From positions 8,145,027 through 8,209,026 of the forward strand of contig MU053652.1 of the NCBI GenBank assembly GCA_013239625.1: a stretch of DNA of 64,000 bases. Direction: 5' to 3'. Positions 48,287-62,500 of this stretch are shown one piece after another. A model generated the notes under the pieces. That model did not search any database. It was not told where the DNA came from and saw only the letters and a program-made list of their open reading frames with translations. This DNA is from Lama guanicoe. Lineage: Eukaryota. The number at the start of each line of letters is the position of its first letter. Positions within the stretch are counted from its first letter, which is position 1. The translations under genes and the position numbers were made by a program.

Positions 48287-51200
48287 CTAGCACCACTATG
48301 CATATTAGAAGTGCAAGTCGTGCACTAGGACAGAGTCCACGCTTCAGTGGACAGGCAGTGAAATTCAGTTTGTGCATTACTTCCATTATTGTGAATCTTG
48401 AAGGACTGGTTGGAATATTTTGTTTTTATAGAATATTGACTTGAAATTGTTCAGCTGCAGATTGATGCATGAAAATCGTATGCATCATATAGTGGTTTCA
48501 TGTTATTGGTATTTGTTGTCATACGATTTAAAAGCTGGAATTTTGGTGGTCTGAGTAGTTTGTAGGCACTACGTGAGGAAATTAAACGCTAGTCCCGAGA
48601 GCAAACAGAGGAAACAGACTGGGATTGGGGAAGGAGGCTGAAGCTTGGCCCTGAGGGGGCTGTGTGACTCCACTCTTGGGCATGGACAGCCCCACTCTGG
48701 TGTTTTATCTCTGCATCTAGTGATGGGCTGACATGCCTGGATGAGAACTTCTATACATCCTCAGCCAACATATAGTCAAGTGCCCAGTGGATCACTGGGG
48801 AGTCTACATGAAGAACAGAGGTCTGCTGTTAGGGCTAGGGTCTGTCTGGACAATAGGGCAAGGAGAACAGGGTGGGAGGGTCCAATTGGCATAAAAGCTA
48901 TGTCAGTAAAGGGCTGAGCAGTGGATTCCCTGGGAAAATAAATCACTGAGGAAGGATGAAAAATTCTCTAACCAGGACCCTAAATGTCATGTGGGGAATA
49001 CTCATGGTCAGGCATTGTAAAGCTGTTGAGAGACCATAGCTTTCTTGGTGAAGGGAAGTATCTACGAATTTTTCTACACTGTCAGTTAAAATGTAATCTA
49101 ACATTCATTGGCTCATATGCCTATGTGTTTGGGAATTGGGGGCAGTTTGCTGGACTCCAGTAAAAAGATTTTCCCCAGGTATCTGAGGGGAGCCTTGTGC
49201 TAAGGAAAGTGTTTCACTCAAGTGAAGTGGCCTGGATCTTTTGTACCAAGGTCAAATCAAGCATGTATGCCACTCTTTGAAAGGCCTAAAATTGCAAAAT
49301 TTCACATAAATTTTTCATATGTACTTTTTTGGGGATGAAGTTTCTTAACTTTTAACTGATAGCCAAAGGGCTCTAAGACATAGAAAAGGCTTAAAAACAT
49401 CTAATTTATGGGAACAGCAATTACCTGACCTCTAACTAGTCCTATTTTTCTGTCCTTATCTCTTGCCAGTTTCCTTTGAGTTGGCTGAACACAGTGAGAT
49501 TTGTTGTACTCGGGACTTTTGTTCTACGTGGAATACTTCCCTTTCTTTCCCCGCCGTCTTTCCTCCCAGCCTCACTCTGCATGGGCTCCTTCTCAGACTC
49601 CCAGTCTGAGCTTAAATTTCATCTCTTTGGCTTTCCCATCTAAGCTAGACTCCACTTTTGTATTATTTTCTGCACAGCTTCCCATTTATTTCCTCTAAAA
49701 CACTTATGAAAATGTGTACATAATTTATTTTTAGTCTTTCTCCCAAAGGGCAATGAACTTGTCTTATTTCCTTTCAAATTCCAAGTGCTAGTCTCAGTGC
49801 TCAGACATGGTAGGTGTTCAGGAAATATCCGCTGAAGACAAAATAGAAGGGGAACACCCTCTAACATGGAATAAGAACCTAAAGATCACTAGATTTCAAC
49901 TCATGATCAAGAAGACATTTCCAGGTAGTAGTTATTTTCTGCTACGTTAGCAATTGTTTGTGCTGATAAAATCAGTGACTGTGTTCATAATTAGAGCTTA
50001 ATTTACCTCTGCAAAAGAAATGGGGTTTCTTAAAGTTTCACTTTTTAAATAAATTCAGATATTAGCAACCAGTGAAGCAAACTCTAGACCGAAATGAAAA
50101 TTAGGGAAATTTTTCTTCCATCTGATATAATAGAAGAACCTAAATACTTCTTGTTACCAATGTTCCTATTTCTGGGCACATAGAAACATGATGTATTCCT
50201 TTCCTCCTTCACATGTCAATAATCTCAAACCTACTGTGTATCACCTCGCAGAGCAGTGGACGCACAAGAGGGGGCTCAGGACACACTGACTTCATGCTCA
50301 GTTCAGTGACAGGTTTCGATGGCTAAGCCTGTCTTTCTTTTCTTTTCTTTTTTAAAGAGGGATCTACACCCACAAATATTAGTCTAATTTTCAATAGTGG
50401 TTCTAATTTACTTTCAAATTTCCGTGGATAGTCAGGGTATGTGGAGCTATATATCTTTGTACTTACCTGACTTCATTTAAAAAAAAATTCCTTAGCAGTC
50501 CCTTTCAGGAAAGTGTTAACAGTGAAGGATTTCACTATTCATCCAGGGCAGTTTTAAAACTCAGGACAGTTGTCACTGATGTAATAGCATTTCTATTTAA
50601 GCAACAGAAAGCTTGCTTTCTACAGATTTCATGTAAAAATATATTGTAAGGCACATCAGAAAGGACTAAGTTAAAGCTTGATTATCCAAGGAATATTTCA
50701 CAAAAAGATTTTTCTCCAGCCCATTGCTTTAAGAAATGTCCCAATTTTTTCAGTCAAAGAGGCCTCAACAAATTGCCAAATTTGCTTAGGTTATTGCTGT
50801 ATGCAGACTTCTAGGTTCAATAAAATATTAATTTAAAAGTAGGTTTTATATTTATTCATGACCTAATTTTCTGTGGATAATATAAGGAACTGCATTTAAA
50901 GAATTAAAAATAATACTCTTTTTCTAACAAAAAGCACCAGACAATCATTATAGAAAATCCTAATGTATAAACAAAATTAAAAAAAATAAAACATGCTCTA
51001 ATAAAACTTTGATGAACATCCTTCTGGTGAAATATTTTTACCCATTTTGAGTTATTTCTTCAGAGTAAATTCTCAGTCTGTTTAAATTTTCAAGTGTATT
51101 ATGCATGTTTAAAACTATTTATTGATATTAAATTATTATGTATAAATCAAATGTGATTTTTTAAAAAAATAAGTAGCCTAAATTATTAAGACAAGGAAAA

Positions 51201-52974
51201 AAGAAGAAGTATGAAAAAATGTCAAGGGTGACTTATTCCTAAAAATATTAACCTGGAAAAAATAAAATAAGGCAACTCAGTCCTATGGGTCATATTGATT
51301 TAGTTACATCATGATTATCTTCAAGTTCTATAAGGGCTAACCTAGGAGTTTTGATAGTTTCGTTCACTGCTTATTTCCTGTGCCCAAAATAATATCTGCC
51401 ATATATTAATTCTAAAAAATAGTTTGTTGAATGAGTTAATCAGGAAAATATAATAAAACTATGGTTTGTATACAGTTTATAGCCCCCTTTGGGAGTATAA
51501 ATCTAAATAATCAAAATATTTATTCAGTAGCTCTTGGGTTTGGAGCCAACAGATGTTTGCTTCTGGTTTACATATGAGGAAACCAGGGTTCTTTGGTTTT
51601 TCTTGCTCTGATTGTCCAGCAAAAGTAAGAACAGAACTGACCCACTCAAATGAGAAATGGGTCACAAATCTGCTATGATATTGATTAGACAAAGATATCT
51701 AAACTTGAGATCTATAATTTAGACATGACTTACTAGGGAAGGATTCTTGAAACAAGTTTAAAGAAACTCACCGAAGCTCTTTACGTGTAATGTTACACTT
51801 GGACTTGATTGCTGTGCATTCTGGGTTACTTTTGCTAATTTAACTGCATTCTCATTGAGTTTCTACAGAGTAGCCTCTATGTTTATTTATATTTTCTGCT
51901 TAGTTTGGATGAAGATCATTTTTAATGATATCTCCCCTGTGTTCTGATGAATATTAACCACTTAGTAAATGCCATTTCAGATTTGTTGAACCAAAAGTTA
52001 GCCCTATAGCAGATGATCTCTACTAACAAGTTTCCCAAAGTCTCATCTTGTGTGTATTCAGCCAAGCCCAATAACCCACGTTCCGTCTCTCTGCAGACTT
52101 CTGCCTGTCCTCCACCAATACAGCTCCGGTGGCTTCCCGTTAGATGCCAACCCCTTCAGCAGCTTGGATCTTCAATTTCTGCCTCCTTAATGCCCATCAC
52201 TCATTTTAGAGTCCTCTTAGAGTCCACCTCCTTGAGCCAAAGTAGAAAAGGGACCTCCAGGCGGAAATTCAGGGCTATCTTGAGGCTCACTTTGTGTATT
52301 CTTCTTCTTGGAGAATTAATAGTCCCCTGCTGCCTGTTATTCAGTCCCTGAAAAAGGCTCCCCTGTGTATTTTGTGCAGTTAAATAGTTTACAGTGTAAG
52401 AGGCAATGATCCTGTACCAGTTGTTCTGTCAAGTCCAGAAGCAGAGGTCCTTTTAATTTTTACTATGTTTTCTTCATCATATTCTTCTTTTTTCTGTCCT
52501 GGCTTTTGCTTGATTGAGTAAAATTATTTTATTATTCTTTTTTTTAATGTGATTTGAAATCTTCATTCTATTTCTATTAAACTAATGGTCATTTTAAAGA
52601 AACAAATATTTTTGACTAATATTTGAACTTTTTCAAACAACATCAATAATTAAAGTGTACATATTAAATTGTTCCCTCCAAGAACGTGGTCATGAATACA
52701 TATTAGATAAGAAGCATCTGTTCATCTCAAATAGATGAACAAAAGGGAACTGGCACTGCTGTGCATAATAATATTAGGCTGTTATCGTGTGAGTTATAGA
52801 CTTTGCACTTCTTTTCTTTTTAAGGAAAATACTTTCTTCAATATTATACTAACTGAATTCCACCCCCTTTCTTTAGAGGTGTATGTCTGTGTGTGTTTAA
52901 AGAATAGCTTCCTGTTGATTATCTTGGAAGGATGAGAAAGATTATCTTCTATTTTCTTATCACTAGTAGAGAAA

Positions 52975-53190
52975 GTTGGAAGATACTAAGCCTTGGACAA
53001 TTATCTCATTTAATCCTCAAAACTGACCTATGAGGAAGACACTACTACTGTCTCCATTTTACAGATGGGGAAATAGAGTTTGGAGAGATTAAGTTAACTT
53101 GGTCCTGCTCACATGTATAGTAAGGGAAACATCGGTATTCAAATCCTGAAAAATCAAGTGTCTGATTTTAGATCCTACGTTCCTATACTT
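52975..53190 (-). mobile_element. MIR SINE
   Basis: attatctcatttaatcctcaaaactgacctatgagg...tccattttacagatggggaaa. Confidence 0.75.
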
Positions 53191-55440
53191 TCTGAGTAAG
53201 CCAAGTACGTTGAGTATCGATATGTAGGCCAAATGACACAGCCCATAGCACAGCCCCAGGGAAAGACAGCATTAATTCCAGAAGTGCAGATTGGTGAATG
53301 GATTAGCGTAATCAAGAAGTTCCAATTGAAGACATGAAAAATCATCTCTCATGACCAAGTTGATTTAGCATAAAAAATAATTGATAAGGAAGGTATAAAG
53401 TGTGAAAGTACCAGTTAAACCTCTCCTCTATCATTAATAGCTTCCTTGCTTCAGAATTGCATGGAAGAGAGTGTTCTTACTATATGGAAGTTCATAGAGA
53501 CTGTATTGAGTTTGGGGCTGGGCAGATGTTTGTGCGGCCTCTTAAACGTGCTTTTTTGATGTTATTGTTTGTGAATTAATTAGAATAAAGTGATTTTCTT
53601 TTGAAAAAAAACAACACATTGGAATTTTATAACCCCATACAGTAAATAGAGGGTGTTTTCTAAAGGCAGGGGGAACTGGGCATTCTGCTTTCTGTCTTCC
53701 AAAACAGTAGGAAACTCCTTCTTGCCACTTAAAAATATGAAGTAAGTCAAGGCCATTTATGAGCATAACATCCTAGGCACGTGAGGTCTAGAAAATAGAT
53801 ACCTGTTGTACCAGGACTAAGGCCATCTAATGGTTTTGTCCTGGGCAACTCAAGGGAGGCTCTCTCTTAAAAGATACTTTCAAAGTACACAGTGTTTTAT
53901 GGGGAAAAAAAAAGAGGATAAGAAATGTCACATATTAAAATGTTTTTTGACAGGTGCATTTAAAGTCTTCTCTAACCTCCTGCCCCTCAGTGTGTTTACA
54001 TGACAACTTCCTTGAATAAATACTTAGTCTAGAGGCTATTCTGGAAAGCAGGGGTCCCTGATACACTTGGTAACTATAGTTACAGTTGTCTCTTCTTTTC
54101 CTGGAATGTAAAATAATACATCATCATCTCAGAAGTCATTTTGAAAGCCTTAATGAGATAAACACTCATTTTTCCAGGTGATACTCTTACTGTTGAGTGC
54201 TAGTCGTAATTTCCTCCGCTTAATGATAGAAGTGATGTCTAGCTGTAAAGTGGAGGCAGGATGTGAATGCTAACATCTTACAATGTGGAGAACAGATCAA
54301 TTAATTAAAAAAAGTACTCCTTAGGAAAGTGTTTTTCCCCTCTTCATTAAAAATAAAATAACAACTTTATTTAATTACTGATTATTCCAAAAGCTACTTC
54401 CAGACAATGATTATATGGAATTTTAATTGGCTAATCCATATAAACTTGGCAAAACACTGGTACAAAACTGTTTTTTTAAAATGTTCACTAAAAATTGAAG
54501 CGTTTCCCTCAGCTCAGAGAAGCAAGTTGCAACAAATAGAAGAGATGGGAAATTAATCCTGTGGCTTGGTAACGTGCATCACACCCTTCCCACCCTACTG
54601 TCTCTTGTGGGGTGAGATTCTCCTCTATTGGTGCAGAAGAGGTTAACAGAACTTTTCTTATCTCTCTAGTTATTTGTGAGAGAGCATTTATGAGGAGATT
54701 AAAACTTTTACTCCCTTAGTTATATTAAAAGCCATATCTTTAGTACAGTAGAAACACTTCAATAAGTATCCTTTAAAATAGGTTTGTCAATCTTCCTTAT
54801 TATGTCAAAATTATGCTATTTTCTTCCAAAGAGAGTACTAGATATGCCAAGCAGAACTCTTCCCCAACTTCTCATCCACACCCATTGCTGGGGGCTGCGA
54901 CTCAAGCCCACCGAGGGCTGAGAAGCTGATCTGTGTGGATTCCAGATGACTTCCTGTTTTGATTCTGGTGTGAACACAATGAATACCAAAAACAAAACAA
55001 AACAGAAACGCACTGACAAGGACACAGGAAATAATTTGAGTGCAAATTTGACTTGTTAAGCAAAATTTTCTTATTCTGTGTTCTTCCACATCATCTTCAG
55101 AATTGATTTCCTAATGAACTCTGAGCCTTCCCGCCCCTTTAGTGGTGCCCCCAACTCCAGGCGCTAGAGGGACTGCTCATGTTTAGCAACATCTTTGGAA
55201 GAAATAAATGTTTGATGATTTGGCCAATTATTTCTTCCAATTTCTTTCCTTATTTAGAAAATATTCTTCATCATCTTTGGCTTGGCTATAGTTAAATAAA
55301 TTTGTTTGGTTTTGTTTCCTTGGTAGAGGAATTGATAGTAGAGGTGTAAGAAAGTGGAACTAATTTTGGAACTTTAAAACAGAACCCAATCAGTGGCTCT
55401 CAAGTATGCCAGGTCCAGTACCCCTTTTGAAAGAATATTT

Positions 55441-56216
55441 GGTTCCCTTGGCAACCAGCCCCCATCCTTAGGTGCTTTCCAAAAGTCACCTCCTTAAGAT
55501 AAACTCCATAGTGATAAAAGGGCTTGTTATGAATAACAAGACACCCATTTCACCTTTATGGCTCTGAAGTTTTTGCAGAAACTGAGGACTAGAGACCAAA
55601 TATTGTAACAAAAGATGCTTCCATTCCTCTTGTAGCTCAGGAAATTCCAAAGGTTTTGAAAGCTATGAGCTAGTAAGCATGAATGAAGACCAAATATATA
55701 TGAGAAATATATGTTGGTTATCTAAATGGCCAAAGCTGTATGTGAAAAACCAAACTCTGCACACCAAGTAAAATAAAGCTGCAAGGTGAATTTATTGCAA
55801 GGGTTTCAACCTGCAAGCTGGGAAACTCAAGGCCGTGGGAGCAATGAGTTCCCAGCTGTTTACAGACTAAAGGGTTTTTATGGAGCAAATGAGGAAGTTA
55901 TTTGACTTTTTCAGCTAACTGGTTGCCTTGTGGTCTTCTTTTTTGTTCAGGGCTGCTGACCTAGGGGAATGAGGAAGTCCAGAGATGGTGTGAAGACATT
56001 TGGCATTTATGGATTGACTGGTGTCCACTGCTGATTTCTGAGAAGAGCTGTAAATTTCTACAAATGGTGTTAGGTAAGGTTAAGCTTTGCTTTCCTTTTA
56101 TGCACTTGTATTGCCAACTCCATTTTGTTCCCAACATAGGTGACTCCATTTTAGTTGTTGTTCTACATATATCTCTTTTTTTCCCTACATATGTTTCTTA
56201 TAAATCACAATGTCAT
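55441..56216 (-). mobile_element. ERV1 LTR (MER34A-like) terminal part, interrupted at 55741-56167
   Basis: ggttcccttggcaaccagcccccatcct...gaagaccaaatatatatgagaaatatat..., resuming as tatgtttcttataaatcacaatgtca. Confidence 0.75.
55741..56167 (-). mobile_element. Complete solo ERV1-type LTR nested in the MER34-like LTR
   Basis: TG...CA termini. Reverse complement begins tgtagaacaacaactaaaatggagtcac. Flanks TGTA/TATA fit a 4-bp TSD with one change. Confidence 0.75.
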
Positions 56217-56356
56217 CCTTAGCAAAGTGGTAGGTCATAATAACACCACCCTCTGCAAATCTTCAAATCTGATCACTTCTGGGATTCATGTTCTACGTAT
56301 CTTGGGAATGGAAAAGTGAATATTTGGTGGATAGTGGTGGAGGTATGTGGTAGTTA

Positions 56357-57354
56357 TGTTACTGAACCAAACGTGAGTGTACGGTGAAGCCAATCTACTG
56401 ACATCAAGTTGTGGTGAAGGAAACTTGATTGTAAGGCGCCATACAAGGATTCCAGGGCAGCTAGTGCTCAGAAAGCCTGAACTCCCCAGTGGGTTTCAGC
56501 CAAGCATTTTTAAAGGGAAGGTGAGGGAGGGGCGTCCCAGTGTATGTGATCAGCTTGTGCACAGTTCTCTGGTTGTTTGATGTTGAGGTAACCGGATGGT
56601 GTCATAGGGGTTAACATGATCAGTCCTTAGGCACTGGTAAGTCTGGGGGCTCCGTGCTCATGACCAGCAAATAATTTCTTCAATTTGGTGGCAATTTAAG
56701 AGTCTGTAAAACAACTTAGGAAATGTGCATCAAATACTATTATTACTGTGTCCAAACTTGTTCCACTCACTGCACAGCAGGCCAGTAAATTGGGAGACGA
56801 GGTGTTGGGGCAAGGAATAATGACCTTATTTGGAAAGCCAGCAGACCAGGGAGATAGGGGGCTAATGTCCTAGAGAACCGTCTCACCCAAGACAAAATTC
56901 AGGCTCCTTTTAATACTAAGAAGGGGAGTGGATGTGGTTGGTTGGTGCAGACTTCTTGGTGTTGGAATCCTTTGTTCTTGCAGCTGTCCGTGTAGATCAG
57001 GTCATGATGTTCCTGTAAACCTCCAACAAGACAAATGTTGTTCTCTGTTCTGCAACTTTTTATCTCTATACGAATGGAAAAGTGTTATACCCTTAAAGGT
57101 CAGAGTCTTGAGAATGGGCTGTCCTGTATATTTTCAGACTATAGGCAACGTTCTTTTACAAAAGGTGAGAACCAGTATGACTAAGCACAGGAAACAGAGC
57201 ACAGGGTTAGAGGCAAAGGAACAGATCTAATATGGAGTCAGATTTGTCCTTGCCTGTTACACTGTTACCGAGGCACTTCAGAGAGAAGCTAAAGCAGAGG
57301 AATTGGAGGAAGGGTCTGTCCTGGAAAGGCCCCGTGGGGTCCTGCTCAGTTATA
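56357..57354 (-). mobile_element. ERV1 solo LTR (MER41-like, artiodactyl) with 4-bp TSD, carrying a nested LTR
   Basis: TGTTACTGAACC...CTGCTCAGTTATA, flanked by GTTA (56353-56356) / GTTA (57355-57358). Confidence 0.8.
56741..57261 (-). mobile_element. Second ERV1 solo LTR (MER41-related) nested inside the previous one
   Basis: TATTACTGTGTCC...GCCTGTTACA, flanks CTAT / CTGT. The outer LTR text joins seamlessly across it. Confidence 0.8.
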
Positions 57355-59434
57355 GTTATGTAGGATTCTGCCAAAATGGTGTCTCTCATGAAGTCAATCA
57401 GAGAAGCGTTGATTCTGAAAGCTGTAAGTTCTCTATTGTTAAAATGTGTGCCCAGCATAAGCTTCAGTAGTCAGTTCCTGGAAATCAAGATCCTGTGTGG
57501 CATCTGACACCATCTTATTCATTTATAAATGTCAAAGTAACACTTTGAGGGTATTATGATTACTAGTGGGCTCTAAGTAACATTTCTTCAAGTTATTTAA
57601 ATCTCATCAGTAGCTTGTTTGTTTATTTGTTTAAATCTCAGTAGTAGCTAATTCATTTAATTAACCGCAATTTTCCGGGATGGTCTTTTGGTAGCTTATG
57701 AGTATAGAAATATGAAATTTCCCTAAAGTGTTATAAATAAATTTATGTCTTTCATGACTGACACATGATCTTTAATGTTAACTGGGTAGCTAATAAAAGT
57801 CCTAGCATAGACTCGTAAAAATAAGTGAAGATTAGAAAAATGAGACATGTAGGAAAAGATTAAGGAATCATTCAGGGAAACTGAGAGTCATTTTGCTGAT
57901 AATCTTAACTTTGCTGATAATGAAATATGGAGAATGCTGGTGAGTTATTGTTCTTCATAAAGAATAGAAGGAAGAGTGAATAAAGTGTTATTTGTAGCAC
58001 TTGAATGGGTTAGAAGTTCCAGCCAGTTGGAAAATATTAAGACTTGTTTTGGAAATAAAAGCAGTTTGGAATTGTTCTTTCTGGATTAAGACAGGATAAT
58101 TTCCTCATTTGTTTGCTCTGATCTAGGATAGGTTAAGCAAAGCACATGGACAAATCTGACAGTTTTAATACAGTTTAGTCAACTGTTGGAAGTTGGAAAC
58201 CCTTTGTTGTTCTTAGACCCTGGAGGTCAGGGTTGAGGCATGGTGCAGGGCTCACCTTCCTGGTCACTCACTCTCTTTGCAGTCAGAACTTTTGGTTCTC
58301 CGTCTGGTATCATTCATAAGCTCTAAATTTGTTTACTCACAAAATATAAATTAACTAACAAGCTAATATGCAGCATTCTCTTATTGGATATTTGAAGATA
58401 TATTTAATTCATACATTGAAGTAAGCGTCTATTAATTTCTGTTAAGATAAAGAAGTTAGGACTCTAAGAACACTTCAAAAATCTATTTAGACCTTGATAC
58501 ATGTAAGGACTTATAAAATAACATGTATTAAGAATGAAGGTACCTCAACTTTAAAATAATAGGATCATTTTAAGTTTTCTCATGCTCCAAAAAATTTAGG
58601 ATTATAATCATTCTCTTAATTCAAAAGCATTTGAAAGCTCTCCAAAAATTTTTTAAATCATTTGGAACAAGACAGAATAATTTACCATTATTATTGTACT
58701 TTAGTGTTTTATCATCTTCAGTTCAGTGGATGGCAGGCAGCCAAAAGATGCACTCCCCACAGATCCTCCTGAACATCCGCAGTCCAGAATTAAATGGCTA
58801 GTGAAGGCCAGAACCAGGAAAGGGGAAATCAGAGGAAAGTCCATCTAAGATGCTCTTTACCAATTTTTGGAGCCACAGTCTTTCCTATTCTCCAGTTATT
58901 TACTGCTTACTTAAAAAAATTTTTTTTTAAATGATGCTCCCAGAAATCCTTGAATGTTTTGGGAAACTATGAAAGGTAGTCTTTTTAACATCCAAATGGA
59001 ATTTGCTATATTTAATTACATATCATGTGATAATGGTACTTGAGCTGCTTCCAAATATTACTCAGAAAGAAAGAGTATGCTGTGGTAATTCTGGCAATGC
59101 CCAGACTTTTCCTACCCCTTCAATCCCTTCCCCCATTCCTACCCTCACTCCCAAATTTCATTCTTTCAGTCTCCTGTATTGTCTTCTCCGTGAAGCCTTC
59201 TCAAAGGCCATCATGTGAATTTCACCACTCCTTGCTGGATTCTCCCACTGGACCTTGTATGAACCTCTACTAAATCTCACTCAGTGGCATGTTCTTAAGT
59301 TCTTCCATGTTCCTAAAATTTATAATTACAGACAGCAATGGTGAGAGAGGACATTCAAAACATTTAAACACCAGTAAGGCATAGGTGTTGACCGATCGGA
59401 ATGGAAACCAGCTTTAAATAACACTGGCTAAAAA

Positions 59435-59558
59435 GAACGAGTCTATGAGCTCTTCAAGGGCAAGGCTCTTGTTGCATTTGATTTGATATTTTTAACACCT
59501 AGCACAATACTTGACTTACAGTTGATCTATAAATGTTTTTTATGAGTGAATGAATGAG
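59435..59558 (+). mobile_element. L2 3' end fragment
   Basis: tatgagctcttcaagggcaagg...taacacctagcacaatacttgac...aaatgttttttatgagtgaatgaatga. Confidence 0.65.
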
Positions 59559-62500
59559 ATAGCAAGAAAAGTTATGCATCAATTACAGGGAGAGTCCTGA
59601 AATCTTAGTGGTGGCTTCAGGATTCCCTAGCATCATTTAACTTTAGACATTAGTTTAGCTTGAGGTAAACGAGTTGTCCTTTGTACTAGATGATCCTAAT
59701 GACACACTCCGCAGGACCTATGCGTTGAGTTGTCTCCATAGGCCAATTGCCCTGAGCCATCTGCTCTCTCTCAGACTTTCCTGCTGTAGTTTTGAGGAAC
59801 AGAATGGGTTAATTAAATTGGATTTGTGGAAGAAGAAATAGTAGACAAACCAATTTCCTAAATAGAAAGTCTATGATGCCATTTAAAATATAACCTATAG
59901 CTAATTGTTTAAAAGATATTAAAATAAATGTTTTGAAAATTACCATACCTCATAAGTTATTTTCACATATGATGGGATACATACTAGATGGTAGTCATTC
60001 TTCATTTAATGTTGATCTATTGTGGAAAAAGATTCTTTAGATACAATTTGGAACTATTTAAATTGAAGAAATACATGCAGGATAGCAATTCTTCAGAGCT
60101 TTTTTTTTTTTTTTCAAACCTAAAGGTAGAGTACATGTCAACCTGGTTTCCAGCTATCTTTGCTCTGTCTTGTGAGCTGGGATGGCTTCGTTCCAGTCCC
60201 CATTTTTGTAGCAGCTGAAACTTCCTGCTCAGCAGAGTGGTGCTTCCTTCTCTTCTACCCCAAGCAGGTTCATAAACTCCTCAAACACACGTCCAACTGA
60301 ATAGATTCAGTTGCTCATATTAGACTAACTCTGAGGAATAAAGGAAGTCTGAGGCCAACAGTAGTCAGTTTGAACTTAACGAAACCTAAGTGAAAAATAA
60401 TTGTTTGCCTGTCTTTCTGAGTGATGAAACCACAGAGGATTAAAGGGCGTGAGTTGTGTACATCAGTGCAAGTTAAAATGGAGAGAAGGGTGGGGCCATA
60501 CAGAGCTCTAAATCTACAGCGATGGTCCCAGTTTACTCCTGGGGCACAATGCGATGGCAGGCAAATCTGAAAACTTCTCATAAACCTTTTTATCTTCAGA
60601 AATATTAAGCATTTTGTTTAATCACCACTAAAATATCACCTGGATCCAAAATTCTACAGTTTTTAAAATGGCAATTGACCATAGGTTTTGGTCATTGAGA
60701 GTAAGCAAGTTATGAATTAAGTGTGTTCTGCCTGCCCCAGGGCCTCGGACTGGGCTTTTTTAACCCCAAATGCCCGAAATATTTGTATTCCAACAGCTGT
60801 TATCTCTTTTTCCCACAGAGAGTCCTTATCAGTCCAGAAATGGGAGGCCCATAATATTTTGGAAGTTACTCTCTTTCATTTCCTGATTGATTTCAGGGCA
60901 CTGTCCCCTTCTAAAATGATGCCTAGCACATGTTATTAAAATTTACTGGACTACAAAAAAAAAAACTACTGGGCTACACATTTGCTTAAGACATCAGTGT
61001 AAATATTGTGAGTGAATCATTTTTCCAAAAGTGAGACCAAGACAATAGAAATTAGTCCTAAACACGCATGTAAAAAAAGATGAAAGTAATGATGCTTAAT
61101 CTTTAAAAATTAGCATTTACTGTGGTAACAAGGCAAGTTCCAAGTGAAAGAGAGAGATGCTTTTCAGAGCCTGAGTCTCACAGAGTGTCAGCTTAAAGAT
61201 GGGGTGATCACATATCCTGCAGTTTGCAGATTCTGAAATGCAATTTTCACATTTTAGTCAGGAGTAAGTAAGTACTGGAAGATTGAGTCATGCTGAAGGA
61301 TTTATTTATATATAATAATGCCAGTTTACTAATTACAAAATAACAAAAATAATGAGAAATTGACTAGAATCCCGTGAAGCTGGACAGTAAATGGTGTTTC
61401 CTATAGGTACAAAATAAAATCAATATTAGAAGACCTCTTAGTAGCTATACTGTTATAGAGTAGGGAGTCACACAGTCTCCTGGGACATTTAAAATAATCA
61501 TTAAAATTGAGACGTACTATCCCCTATCTCCATTATAGGACTTTATTTCTAAGGAAAATTATTCAGTCCCTTAGACAGGGATGGAAACAGACTGGTAAAT
61601 TTTTAGTATTGAATTTTTATATTTAGAATGACTTAGTCACCAAAAATTTTAGCCCTTATAGTACTGTACTTTCTCTTTTTCCCAAGATCATAGTTCTCCC
61701 AAGTTAATTATATTTCAGAATGCTTTATTTTTTTTATAAAGCACCAGAAATCACTTGTTAAGATTTAGGATTTATAGCTGTGTGAGCAACCTGTTTACAA
61801 ATCTTTACCTTGGAGGATTATTTCTCTAGGAAGTGTCAAATCCAATCATGTTTATGCTGGTTATAGTGTTTTCTTACCAGTGTTTATATTGGCACCTTAT
61901 TTTGGATATAAAACTCTTATGTAGGTTTATAGATGTAAACTAAGATTGATTATACCAGGCAAATAGCTTAATGACTACATAGCAACCCAAGTATTTGTTG
62001 AAATTCTGATTTATGTAATTTAAATGGCAACCTTAGTTTAGTCTTCCATTTTTTTTTTCCCACATTTTCTCCAAGATGGCATTTTTCTATAAGACTCAAT
62101 TTGTCTGTTTTATATACTGGGACCTCAAATACATTGAAGTCTCAGTTTTCAATATTTATTAAGGGTCAGTAATTGTGCAATGCAGTGAAAACGTGAAGAT
62201 ACAGTCAAAGTACCTTTCTTTTTAATTAGGCAGATTGATTCATATGTAAAATACTGAAACATTTGAAGTGTCTAGAATGAATTATTTTTAACTAATTTAA
62301 GCAAGGTAGCTCAGCTCTTTTTTTTTTTGCTTTTTTTTGACTGAAAAAAAGAACTTGAACAAAGGTCAAGCTAGGTCCCTTGTTAAAAATATTAATTGTA
62401 TTCATTTTTTAAAGTAAAATAAAATAAATACGAAACTTCCTAAGAAAGTTTGGCTTAGGAACCATTGTCCTAAAACACGGCCTGAGGAAGAGTATATAGT

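Noticed and set aside
43133..56216. Two MER34-like LTRs as the ends of one 13-kb provirus
   Set aside because: The LTRs differ in structure, and the interval contains older MIR, L2 and MLT1 elements and no gag/pol/env.
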